Shown: positions 52,863-61,571 of the stretch, in pieces
Numbering within the stretch: position 1 is the stretch's first letter
Layout: every line of letters begins with the position of its first letter
Origin: a virus
Length of the DNA stretch: 64,000 bases
Virus record (IMG/VR): IMGVR_UViG_2935423994_000003
Direction: 5' to 3' (one strand)
Made by a program: the position numbers and the translations under genes
Notes under the pieces: generated by a model
Seen by the model: the letters and a program-made list of their open reading frames with translations, nothing else
What the model was told of the DNA's origin: nothing
Databases searched by the model: none

Positions 52863-53087
52863 ATGACCATGACTGCCACGACCACGATCCGCATTGACCA
52901 TGCCGCCCTGCCGGATCCGCTGAACCTCAAGGGACCTGACGCTGCCGCCCGGATGATTGAGGCCGCGCTGCGCGACGAGGGCATCAAGGCCGAGGCCTCG
53001 GATGTGATCTCGCATCTGAAGATCGAGCTGCCCACCACCCAGCTTGCCGCCGCCAGCGTCCTGCTGGCGAGCCTTCAGCTGATCTGA
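52863..53087 (+). CDS. Hypothetical protein
   Basis: Homolog of 13409-13627. Confidence 0.75.
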   Translation: MTMTATTTIRIDHAALPDPLNLKGPDAAARMIEAALRDEGIKAEASDVISHLKIELPTTQLAAASVLLASLQLI

Positions 53088-53099
53088 GGGGGCACGACG

Positions 53100-53462
53100 A
53101 TGCCCCCGTCCTTCAACTGCCTGCCCGAGGGCGAGACCCTCGCCGATCTTGCCCGCCGCGAATGTGCCATCGGGTTCGACCTGCGGTTCTGCCGCAGCGT
53201 GGCCGTGTCAGAGCACGACCGCGACACCGAGACCTGCGACCCGACCGAGGCCGAGTTCGCGAGCGTTTACGCCATCACCGATCTGGGCGAGGCCATCGCG
53301 ATCCATGACGCCGACCTGACCAGCGCCGGGGCCGACGAGGTCGCCACCATCACCCGCGCGCTGTTTGTCGCCATTGTCAATGCGCGGCGCGACTCGCCCG
53401 ATGCCGCCCAGAGACATGAGGCCCAACAGGCGACGCTCACCGATCACCATTGGATCGAATGA
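53100..53462 (+). CDS. Hypothetical protein
   Basis: Homolog of 13950-14315. Confidence 0.75.
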   Translation: MPPSFNCLPEGETLADLARRECAIGFDLRFCRSVAVSEHDRDTETCDPTEAEFASVYAITDLGEAIAIHDADLTSAGADEVATITRALFVAIVNARRDSPDAAQRHEAQQATLTDHHWIE

Positions 53463-53564
53463 TCAGAAAACACTGAAATTGCTCGGAATTGCCTACGATA
53501 ATCGGCGCAGCAGAGCGATGGTGATTGTACCAAAACGATGCAACTCAGCCAAAGGAACCACGCC

Positions 53565-53834
53565 ATGACGCGCCTCAACCCGATCACCACACCCCGCCAC
53601 CAGCTGCGCGCCGAGAAAGCCCGCCGGAACAAGGAAGCCGCGCTGAACGCCTTCATTGGCAAGAAAGCAGAAATCGACACCATGCTCGGCCGCCTGCAGG
53701 CCCTCAGCGATGATCATTTCGAGACCCAACCCGACGAGATCAGCTGGGGGCATGTCGGCACCCTCGAGCATTACGCCAGTCTCCTGAAGCGCATCACCGA
53801 CAGCGCCTTCGGCGAAGGTGAGTTCGCCGAGTGA
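53565..53834 (+). CDS. Hypothetical protein
   Basis: Homolog of 14433-14702. Confidence 0.75.
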   Translation: MTRLNPITTPRHQLRAEKARRNKEAALNAFIGKKAEIDTMLGRLQALSDDHFETQPDEISWGHVGTLEHYASLLKRITDSAFGEGEFAE

Positions 53835-53932
53835 TCCCCGGCTTTGTGCCTCGCCCGGCCCGCCACCATGGCGGGCTACACCCGGTAGGAGAATGCGCAT
53901 TCCGCGCTGCTCGACCAAACCGGAGACATCCC

Positions 53933-54490
53933 ATGCCAAAACTCACCGACACGCAGACCATCATCCTCAGCCGCGCGGCGACCCGCCCCGGCAATCTGGC
54001 CATGCCGCTGCCCGTGGGGCTGCATGGCGCGGCCGCCAAGATGGCCGTCACCCGCATGATCACCAATGGCTGGATCGAGGAGGTCGATGCCGACAGCCGC
54101 AAGGGCGAACCGCTCTGGCGCGAGACCGGCGATGGCCATGGCACCACGCTGACCGCCACCGAGGCCGGGCTCGAGGCCATCGGGATCGAACCGGTCGTCG
54201 CCAAGGCGACCAGCGCGTCGCGGAGGGTGACGCTGCAACCAGATGCGGAACCCGCCGTGACCGAGGCCCCCAAGCCTGTGGCCATCCGCACGGGCACGAA
54301 GCAGGCCCAGATCATTGCGCTCCTTCAGCGACCCGAGGGTGCGTCCATCGCAGAGATCACCGAGGCGACGGATTGGTTGGCTCACAGCGTGCGTGGCCTG
54401 ATCTCGGGCGGACTCAAGAAGAAACTGGGCTTGCCCGTAACTTCCGATAAAGTTGAGGGCAGAGGGACGATCTACAAGCTGCCCGCCTGA
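53933..54490 (+). CDS. DUF3489-like protein with C-terminal HTH
   Basis: Homolog of 14802-15371. Confidence 0.75.
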   Translation: MPKLTDTQTIILSRAATRPGNLAMPLPVGLHGAAAKMAVTRMITNGWIEEVDADSRKGEPLWRETGDGHGTTLTATEAGLEAIGIEPVVAKATSASRRVTLQPDAEPAVTEAPKPVAIRTGTKQAQIIALLQRPEGASIAEITEATDWLAHSVRGLISGGLKKKLGLPVTSDKVEGRGTIYKLPA

Positions 54491-54538
54491 TCGATTATGG
54501 ACTGCTGACCGCCGCCGCGCCGACCGCGCGGCGGTCGT

Positions 54539-54736
54539 TCATTGCCAAGACAGAAGATCGCGCGCCGCAGCCTGCAGAATGTCCTGCGCCATACGAGGTT
54601 CGCAGGTGTAAATCCCGCCCGCTTCAGGCTCGCCAACATTCTCCGCGAACCATTCCCGCCCCTCGTCCGAAATCGGACGCAGGACGACGATGGTCCCATG
54701 ATCGTTGATTTCGATATGTTTCCAGCCTTCGGACAT
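54539..54736 (-). CDS. Small hypothetical protein (MSEGWKHIEINDHGTIVVLRP...)
   Basis: 65 aa, protein-like composition; only in prophage 2. Confidence 0.55.
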   Translation of the reverse strand: MSEGWKHIEINDHGTIVVLRPISDEGREWFAENVGEPEAGGIYTCEPRMAQDILQAAARDLLSWQ

Positions 54737-54780
54737 GCACAGAGAGTACAAGTCGCTGGCCCGACGCGCCAGTGATCCTT

Positions 54781-54996
54781 TCATACCCGGCGCCAGCGCT
54801 CGAACAGCCTGCGCAGCGCGTAGCTGCGCAGGAGCGATATGCCGACAAAGACCCCGCCCAGCGCCAAGCTCTCGCCAATGCTGGGGTGCAGCCCGAACCA
54901 TGGAAACACGACGATCTGCGTCGCGACAGCGAGCACATAGCCCACCGCCACATTGGTGACGGCTTCGATCAGCGACATGCCGCGCGATTGGGTCAC
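54781..54996 (-). CDS. Small membrane protein
   Basis: Homolog of 15381-15590. Confidence 0.7.
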   Translation of the reverse strand: MTQSRGMSLIEAVTNVAVGYVLAVATQIVVFPWFGLHPSIGESLALGGVFVGISLLRSYALRRLFERWRRV

Positions 54997-55502
54997 ATCA
55001 CCGGTCCTGTGATCTGAAATTCCTTACGGATGACCTTGGCAGTCTCGGTCGCCTGCAGGTCATCGCGAACGCGTGCTGCAATGCGACCGATATTCACGAT
55101 GATGCAGGCGCTCTCGTCTGGCGTGACAAGGAGTTCCTCGTATTCGGTGTGGCGCAGGAACTCACACGGGGTCTCAATGTTGAGATGGTCGTCACCCGGA
55201 CGGATAAGCCAAAGCACTCCTGCGCAATCGTCCGGGGCGTCTATGCTACCCCGCAGAAACGGTGACAGGTGGTTTTGCACCAGCCTAAATGCGATGGACG
55301 GACCAAAGCCAAGTTTGCGCAAGTCCTGTGCGGCAGCAACCGACACCACGTCTCTCCAGCCGTACCAGCGCGCCTTTCCGGGCTTGGGAGTGTTTTCAGG
55401 CTGAAAGTCGTTGCGGGATATGGCCTGGTTCAGGTCCGCGCGTGTGATCGGGATGATCCGAATGAGGTCAGCGTTTCGCCAGATTGGGGTGTTGATGATC
55501 AT
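54993..55502 (-). CDS. Hypothetical protein with MerR-like HTH N-terminus
   Basis: ITRADLNQAISR..PGKARWYGWRDVV..LRKLGF; 4-bp overlaps at both ends; only in prophage 2. Confidence 0.6.
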   Translation of the reverse strand: MIINTPIWRNADLIRIIPITRADLNQAISRNDFQPENTPKPGKARWYGWRDVVSVAAAQDLRKLGFGPSIAFRLVQNHLSPFLRGSIDAPDDCAGVLWLIRPGDDHLNIETPCEFLRHTEYEELLVTPDESACIIVNIGRIAARVRDDLQATETAKVIRKEFQITGPVM

Positions 55503-56866
55503 TGCTGTTTTGTCTCCTTGCCAATGGTGGTCTTGTTGTGATTTTCCAACTGCGCCTTTCGCCCCGTCGCCAGTTCCCACCGCCGCATGGCGACGTCGCA
55601 ATAGACCGGGTCCAGTTCCATTGCGAAGCACCGCCGCCCGGCGCGATCGGCTGCGACGATCTGGGTGCCGGAGCCGCAGAACGGTTCGTAGATCAGGTCG
55701 CCGGGATCTGAGAATGCGGTCAGCACGGCCTCGACCAGCGTCACCGGGAATACAGCCGGATGTGATCCCGCCGCGCCCAGACCGCCCTTGTGCCGCATGA
55801 TGCGGAAAACGCTGTCCGGGATGCGATGGCTCTGGATCGCGTTGCCGGTTCCGGTCTTGGCGTGGACGGTGCCGTCGGCCCCGCGCAGCCCACCGCCGCC
55901 GAGGACCTCGCCCGCGTGCTTGGACGGGATGGTCTTGTGCGGTTTGCGGGGCGCGCGGTTGAAGTGGAAAATGAACTCGTGCGAGGGTGCCAGGCGGCCG
56001 TTCCAGTCGCCCGGTAATCCTGGCCCCTGATCCCACACATACCACCCAAACCGCCGCCAGCCAGATTTGCGCATCCATTCCACCCATCCCTCCCAATAGG
56101 GTTGCCATTCGCTGTCGCGATGCACGAGGCCGAGGTTGACCAGCATCTGTGCGTCGGTCGTGACCGGCGCTGCGGTGAACACGCCCTGCATCAGGGCATC
56201 CCAATCGCCGAGTTTTTCCTTGGCGGCACCGTAGTCGCGCTGCTGCGCATAAGGCGGCGAGGTAAACATCAGCGTGGCCTGTTCGCCCAGCATCAGCCTG
56301 GCGACAGCGGCGGGATCGGTGGCGTCGCCGCAGCATAGCCGGTGCTTGCCGAGCGCCCAGATGTCGCCCGGCTTGGTGATCGGATCAGCGGGCGGGGCCG
56401 GGATCGCATCGGCTTCATCATCGTCGATCACCGTCTTGTCGTCGTCGCCCGCGTGCAGCAGGGCGTCGAGTTCATCCTCGGGGATCCCGATCAGCCCGAG
56501 GTCGAAATCCTCGGCCAGCAGTGCCTGCAGTTCCTGCAGCAGCAGGGCCTCGTCCCAGCCGCCCAGCTCGGTCAACTTATTGTCGGCGATGCGATAGGCC
56601 CGGCGCTGCGCCTCGGTCAGGTGCCCCAGCACGATCACCGGGGCCTCGGACAGGCCGAGGTGCGCGGCGGCCAGGACGCGGCCATGGCCTGCGATCAACT
56701 CACCGTCAGCCGCCACCAGTACCGGCACCGTCCAACCGAACTCGGCCATGCTGGCGGCGATCTTGGCGACCTGATCGGCGTCGTGGGTCTTGGCGTTGCG
56801 GGCGTAAGGTTTCAGCCGGGCGAGGTGCCAATGTTCAATCCGGCCCGGCAGCAGGCGCGCATTCAT
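55499..56866 (-). CDS. ParB-like plus amino-DNA methyltransferase (SPPY)
   Basis: FTSPPY, YEPFCGSG; homolog of 15587-16966. Confidence 0.88.
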   Translation of the reverse strand: MNARLLPGRIEHWHLARLKPYARNAKTHDADQVAKIAASMAEFGWTVPVLVAADGELIAGHGRVLAAAHLGLSEAPVIVLGHLTEAQRRAYRIADNKLTELGGWDEALLLQELQALLAEDFDLGLIGIPEDELDALLHAGDDDKTVIDDDEADAIPAPPADPITKPGDIWALGKHRLCCGDATDPAAVARLMLGEQATLMFTSPPYAQQRDYGAAKEKLGDWDALMQGVFTAAPVTTDAQMLVNLGLVHRDSEWQPYWEGWVEWMRKSGWRRFGWYVWDQGPGLPGDWNGRLAPSHEFIFHFNRAPRKPHKTIPSKHAGEVLGGGGLRGADGTVHAKTGTGNAIQSHRIPDSVFRIMRHKGGLGAAGSHPAVFPVTLVEAVLTAFSDPGDLIYEPFCGSGTQIVAADRAGRRCFAMELDPVYCDVAMRRWELATGRKAQLENHNKTTIGKETKQQ

Positions 56867-58122
56867 GCCGCCAGCCGCTTGGCTTTCAGGGCGGCGAAGC
56901 TCTCACCGGTTTCCACCAGCACGGCATCCTGGCCGGCAAATGACTGCCAGCGTTCCACGGCCACGTCGACATAGGCCGAGTTCAATTCCACGCCTAAGCA
57001 AACGCGTCCTGTGGTCTCGGCTGCGATCAGCGTGGTGCCGGATCCCATGAAGGGTTCAAATACCGGCTGACCGGGGCTGGAATTGTTCAGGATCGGGCGG
57101 CGCATGCATTCGACAGGCTTCTGCGTGCCGTGCACTGTGTCGGCATCTTGATCGCGGTTGGCGATCTGCCACAACGTGGTCTGCTTGCGGTCGCCCGCCC
57201 AGTGCCCCTTGCCCTTGGTGCGCACCGCATACCAGCAGGGTTCGTGCTGCCAGTGATAGTCGCCACGGCTGAGGACCAGCCGGTCCTTCGCCCAGATGAT
57301 TTGCGACCGGATGGCAAAGCCCGCGGTCAACAGACTCTCGGCCACGGTCGCAGCATGCAGCGCACCATGCCAGACATAGGCGACATCGCCGGGGAACAGC
57401 GCCCACGCCTCACGCCAGTCGGCGCGGTCGTCGTTCAGAACCTTGCCAGTGCGTTTGGTCTTGGCCGCACCCGCCTGGTTGCGCCAGGATGGGTCGTATT
57501 CCACGCCGTAGGGCGGGTCGGTCACCATCAGGAGCGGGCGCACATCGCCCAGCAGCCGTCCGACCACTTCGGCGGAGGTGCTGTCGCCGCAGATCAGCCG
57601 GTGCGCGCCCATCTGCCAGAGGTCGCCCTGCACCGAAACCGGCGTGACCGGCGGTTCGGGGATTTCGTCCTCACCCTCGACCGCGCCGCCCTCGGGCTGA
57701 TCCGAATCGCGCAGAAGGGCGTCCAGATCCTCGTCGGTGATCCCCAGCAGCGACAGGTCGAAATCCTCGGCCAGCAGCCCCGCGATCTCGTCGCGCAGCA
57801 TCGCCTCGTCCCATTCGCCCAACTCGGTCAGTTTGTTGTCGGCGATGCGATAGGCCCGGCGTTCCGCTTCGTCGAGGTGGCTGAGCCGGATCACCGGCAC
57901 GTCCTTCAGCCCCAGCATGGCGGCCGCCAGCACCCGGCCATGGCCCGCGATCAGCTCGCCATCGTCGGCCACCATGCAGGGCACGGTCCAGCCGAACTTC
58001 GCCATGCTGGCGGCGATCTTCGCGACCTGGTCCGTGCCGTGGATTTTGGCATTGCGCGCATAGGGGCGCAGCCGGTCGAGAGGCCACGTCTCGATCTGGC
58101 TCGGCGCAAACACCAGGTCCAT
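56863..58122 (-). CDS. ParB-like plus amino-DNA methyltransferase (DPPY)
   Basis: VTDPPY, FEPFMGSG; homolog of 16963-18225. Confidence 0.9.
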   Translation of the reverse strand: MDLVFAPSQIETWPLDRLRPYARNAKIHGTDQVAKIAASMAKFGWTVPCMVADDGELIAGHGRVLAAAMLGLKDVPVIRLSHLDEAERRAYRIADNKLTELGEWDEAMLRDEIAGLLAEDFDLSLLGITDEDLDALLRDSDQPEGGAVEGEDEIPEPPVTPVSVQGDLWQMGAHRLICGDSTSAEVVGRLLGDVRPLLMVTDPPYGVEYDPSWRNQAGAAKTKRTGKVLNDDRADWREAWALFPGDVAYVWHGALHAATVAESLLTAGFAIRSQIIWAKDRLVLSRGDYHWQHEPCWYAVRTKGKGHWAGDRKQTTLWQIANRDQDADTVHGTQKPVECMRRPILNNSSPGQPVFEPFMGSGTTLIAAETTGRVCLGVELNSAYVDVAVERWQSFAGQDAVLVETGESFAALKAKRLAA

Positions 58123-58209
58123 GGGGTGGCTTTCATTAAGGGCAGGGCGGGCAAGCCGATGCGCACGCTGGCTAATGCCAGCGGCAGGATCGGGATCCGC
58201 GATGTCGGG

Positions 58210-58246
58210 AAACGAAAAGCGCCCGCGAGGGGTGTCCTGCGGGCGC
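58210..58246 (-). terminator. Intrinsic terminator in the late-operon leader
   Basis: GCGCCCGC(G)AGG/CCTGCGGGCGC stem with TTTTCGTTT tail on the minus strand. Confidence 0.6.
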
Positions 58247-58306
58247 AAATCTTCGATGATCAAGGTATGAGTCAAGGGGGGCAGCTTTGTCAAACGAAAA
58301 ATGCAC

Positions 58307-58564
58307 CTGGATTCAATGGCTTCGCAGCAGGTGGCTTCCGCTGGCTGGCTTCCGGCGCGGTGGCTTCCGCAAAGTGGATTCCCTGGCTTCCGCAAAAGAA
58401 TCCAGCACGCCACGATCGTGATTTCGCAAGCCTTTGATAATGAGTCGCTTTTTCCAAGATCACCCGGCAGGTGGATTCCGCCTGGATTCCCCGGTGAAAC
58501 TGCCTGTCGCTAGCGAAATGCCGCGCTGCGCCCCCCCGTATACAAACGGGGCCGGGGAGGAACC
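58307..58564 (-). other. Lambda-like cos region
   Basis: Minus strand GGTTCCT..TATACGGGGGGGCGCAGCGCGGCATTTCGC; seven perfect TGG(A/C)TTCC repeats; IHF consensus at 58427-58439. Confidence 0.72.
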
Positions 58565-58576
58565 ATGCCTGGGGGG

Positions 58577-59587
58577 TCAGCTTGCCTTCGATTTAGCCAC
58601 TAGGGATTTGAAGGCACTTTCGCCAATAATACGAATGGGATGGCCCGCACTCTGCATGTCTTCGGCCTTTCGGTGCTTGCTGCTCTTGCTGTGCCCTGCA
58701 AGGACGTTCAAATCCTGATCTCCTACCACCAGATGTGTCGTTGCCTTGGTCACATTTGGCTTCACGGACATGCCGACTCGGGCGGCAAGTTCGGCGGCTT
58801 CGCTGCGGGACATGCCCAGCGCGCCGGTGAACACCACCACTGACCCTGCAAGTGCGCCTTTGGGATCGCCCTCCATGGTGATGGCGGCCGAGTAGCTTTT
58901 TCTGGGGGCCGGTTTGATCAGTTCCTCAAACGGCAGCCGAAGATGAAGTTCGGCATGCAGCACGACCAATGCGGCGGCGCGGGCGTCTTCGCCTGCATCG
59001 TGGTGATGGAACTGAAGGTTCAGCGTGCGCTTGAGGTTCGCCAAGCCGTGTCCGCCGTTACCCTTCAACTCGGGCCACGCCCGCCTCGCGATCTGGACGC
59101 TGTCGCTCCAGCGCAGGTCAGGGGCGTCAATGCCGCAGAATCCGCAGGCGGCGTTCATCGCCTGCTTGTCGAAGTTGCTGTGCTGGATGAGGTGATGGCG
59201 CGTCAACAGAGGGAGCAGAACGTCCAAGGCGTCAGGGAACCGGGGCGCATCCGCTACATGATCTGGGCCGATGCCGTGGAGCTGGATGTTGAACGCGTCA
59301 AACCTGGTGCCGGGATTGACCAGCATGGAGAAGGTCTGGATCTGATTGTCGGGTTGGACGCAAGCCAGGCCGATTTGGCAGATGCTGGCGACATCACCGC
59401 AAGCCGTTTCGACATCCAGCGCAACGAAGCGAAAACTGCCTTCCGGCACCCGGTGGGCATGGGGAAATCTTGGTCGGTTCTCGGTGCGCTCGGTCTTGGG
59501 TTCGCGGTTCTCGGGCGCGGCAAGTGGGGGCTGGCTTTGTTGTAGCGGTTCGGGGGAGCGGCCGAAAAGCCAATCGAAAAGCGCCAT
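58577..59587 (-). CDS. DEDDh (DnaQ-like) 3'-5' exonuclease with C-terminal BRCT domain
   Basis: FVALDVETA, HSNFD, HHDAGEDA; VVFTGAL..SRSEA..V..NVTKATTHLVVG BRCT. Confidence 0.85.
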   Translation of the reverse strand: MALFDWLFGRSPEPLQQSQPPLAAPENREPKTERTENRPRFPHAHRVPEGSFRFVALDVETACGDVASICQIGLACVQPDNQIQTFSMLVNPGTRFDAFNIQLHGIGPDHVADAPRFPDALDVLLPLLTRHHLIQHSNFDKQAMNAACGFCGIDAPDLRWSDSVQIARRAWPELKGNGGHGLANLKRTLNLQFHHHDAGEDARAAALVVLHAELHLRLPFEELIKPAPRKSYSAAITMEGDPKGALAGSVVVFTGALGMSRSEAAELAARVGMSVKPNVTKATTHLVVGDQDLNVLAGHSKSSKHRKAEDMQSAGHPIRIIGESAFKSLVAKSKAS

Positions 59588-59860
59588 TGAAAAGTTCTCC
59601 GAAGATCAAAACCGGTGACCGGCTGATTCCGGTGCTCTCATGCAATCAATAGCACATTTGGAGCCGACGCGACCTTTGGCGCGCTCCCAAGTGCCCGAAG
59701 TCGTGGTGGGACCGACCTCAGTGGCCTTTCACACGTTCAGTTGCACAGAACATTTTGCTATTTGTTTGTGAATTGTTCTTGTTCAAAGGCCCATTTTCAG
59801 ACACTGTGTCAGAAAAGTTCCCCCTGGTGGCGGGGGATGATGCGGGGAGAGCGTGCAGAC

Positions 59861-61090
59861 ATGACGGATTTCGGGACGCTGTTGCAGCAGGCCGGTTGGT
59901 CGGTGCCGGATGCAGCGAAGATACTGGGGTATTCCGAAGGTCACATCTATCGCTGGAAGCGTGGAGAGGAAACACCCCGTGACGGCGTGCTGCACCTTCT
60001 CCGACACGAGATTGGCGCACTGACCCGGTCGCACACCGACAGCGCGTTCACCTTCATTGACCTGTTTGCCGGTATCGGCGGGTTGCGCAAAGCCATGGAG
60101 GGGGCGGGCGGGCGGTGTGTGTTCACCTCTGAATGGGACAGGTTTGCTCAGCAAACCTATCACGCCAATTTCCCCGACAACCGGCCAATTGCAGGAGACA
60201 TTCGCGAGGTTGAGGCCGCCGACATTCCGCACCATGATGTTCTGGTGGCTGGCTTCCCATGCCAACCGTTCTCGATTGCAGGTGTCTCAAAGAAAAATGC
60301 ACTCGGGCGGCTGCACGGGTTTCTTGATGAAACGCAGGGCACGCTGTTTTTCGACGTACTGCGGATCCTGATGCATCACCGGCCACAAGCCTTCCTGCTG
60401 GAGAACGTAAAGAATCTCAAAAGCCATGATCAGGGCCGGACGTTCGAAGTGATCCGGCGAGCGCTGACGGACGAACTGGGCTATACACTGGAAACCCGGA
60501 TCATTGATGCGGCGCATTTTGTGCCGCAGCATCGCGAGCGGATTGTGATGGTGGGTTTTCGCCAAAAGACCGGCTTTTCGTTTGATGACATGCAGATGCC
60601 CAGTCGTGGCGGCCGAAAGATGCGCGATGTGCTGCATGCTGAAGATGGCACCGAAAGACCCGAGAGCCATTTCACGGTTGGCCCGGATGCACGGGTGAGT
60701 GACAAATACACCCTGAGCGACAAGCTGTGGCGGTATCTCCGGGACTACTCGGACAAGCATAAGGCCAAAGGCAACGGCTTTGGCTTTGGTCTGGTTGATG
60801 GCAACAGCGTCGCGCGCACGCTTTCAGCACGGTATTACAAAGATGGGTCGGAAATTCTGGTGAGTCGTGGTGAAGGTCAGAACCCGCGTCGCCTGACGCC
60901 GCGCGAATGCGCAAGGCTGATGGGCTACGATGAAAGCTTCCGGATACCTGTGTCCGACACGCAGGCTTACCGGCAGTTTGGCAACTCGGTCGCGGTTCCC
61001 GTCTTTGCCGAAGTGGCTCGCCTGATGCGCCCGCACATATTGGCCCTGAAGGACGGCGATCAAGAGCAGCCATTGTCCGCCGTTGGCTGA
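59861..61090 (+). CDS. dcm: Dcm/M.EcoRII-like C5 methyltransferase with N-terminal HTH (likely CCWGG)
   Basis: FIDLFAGIGG, GFPCQPFS, LENVKNL, PQHRER, RTLSARYYKDGSEIL (Dcm-type TRD), RRLTPREC, FGNSV. Confidence 0.92.
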   Translation: MTDFGTLLQQAGWSVPDAAKILGYSEGHIYRWKRGEETPRDGVLHLLRHEIGALTRSHTDSAFTFIDLFAGIGGLRKAMEGAGGRCVFTSEWDRFAQQTYHANFPDNRPIAGDIREVEAADIPHHDVLVAGFPCQPFSIAGVSKKNALGRLHGFLDETQGTLFFDVLRILMHHRPQAFLLENVKNLKSHDQGRTFEVIRRALTDELGYTLETRIIDAAHFVPQHRERIVMVGFRQKTGFSFDDMQMPSRGGRKMRDVLHAEDGTERPESHFTVGPDARVSDKYTLSDKLWRYLRDYSDKHKAKGNGFGFGLVDGNSVARTLSARYYKDGSEILVSRGEGQNPRRLTPRECARLMGYDESFRIPVSDTQAYRQFGNSVAVPVFAEVARLMRPHILALKDGDQEQPLSAVG

Positions 61091-61556
61091 CGTCCACGAC
61101 GCCTCCACGCGGAGCCGGAACATGGCGGCGATCCACGGCAAGGACACGAAACCTGAAATGCTTCTGCGCCGTGCGCTGCATGCAATGGGTTTTCGTTACC
61201 GGCTGCATGACCGTCGGTTGCCCGGGCGACCGGATCTGGTCTTTCCACAGTATCGCGCCGTTGTTTTTGTGAACGGATGTTTTTGGCATGGGCACCAATG
61301 TGACCAGTTCCGATGGCCGAACAGCCGCGAAGAATTCTGGCGGGCAAAGATTGGCGGAAACGCCGCGCGAGACGACCTGAATATTGCGTCGCTTCACAAC
61401 GTCGGTTGGCGTGTTGGAGTCGTCTGGGAATGTGCGGTAAAGGGAAAGTGGCGCCTTGGAGCGGATGCAGTGGTTGACGCCGTCGCAGGATGGCTGTCCT
61501 CTGATCGCCGCGATCTTGTCGTGCAAGGCGGGAGTCGCCAAGATGCCAACATATAG
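61083..61556 (+). CDS. vsr: Very-short-patch repair endonuclease
   Basis: DVH..TRSRNMAAI..KDTKPE, LPGRPDL, FVNGCFWHGH.C, GWRV.VVWEC. Confidence 0.93.
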   Translation: MADVHDASTRSRNMAAIHGKDTKPEMLLRRALHAMGFRYRLHDRRLPGRPDLVFPQYRAVVFVNGCFWHGHQCDQFRWPNSREEFWRAKIGGNAARDDLNIASLHNVGWRVGVVWECAVKGKWRLGADAVVDAVAGWLSSDRRDLVVQGGSRQDANI

Positions 61557-61571
61557 GCCCGGGGTGAGCGT

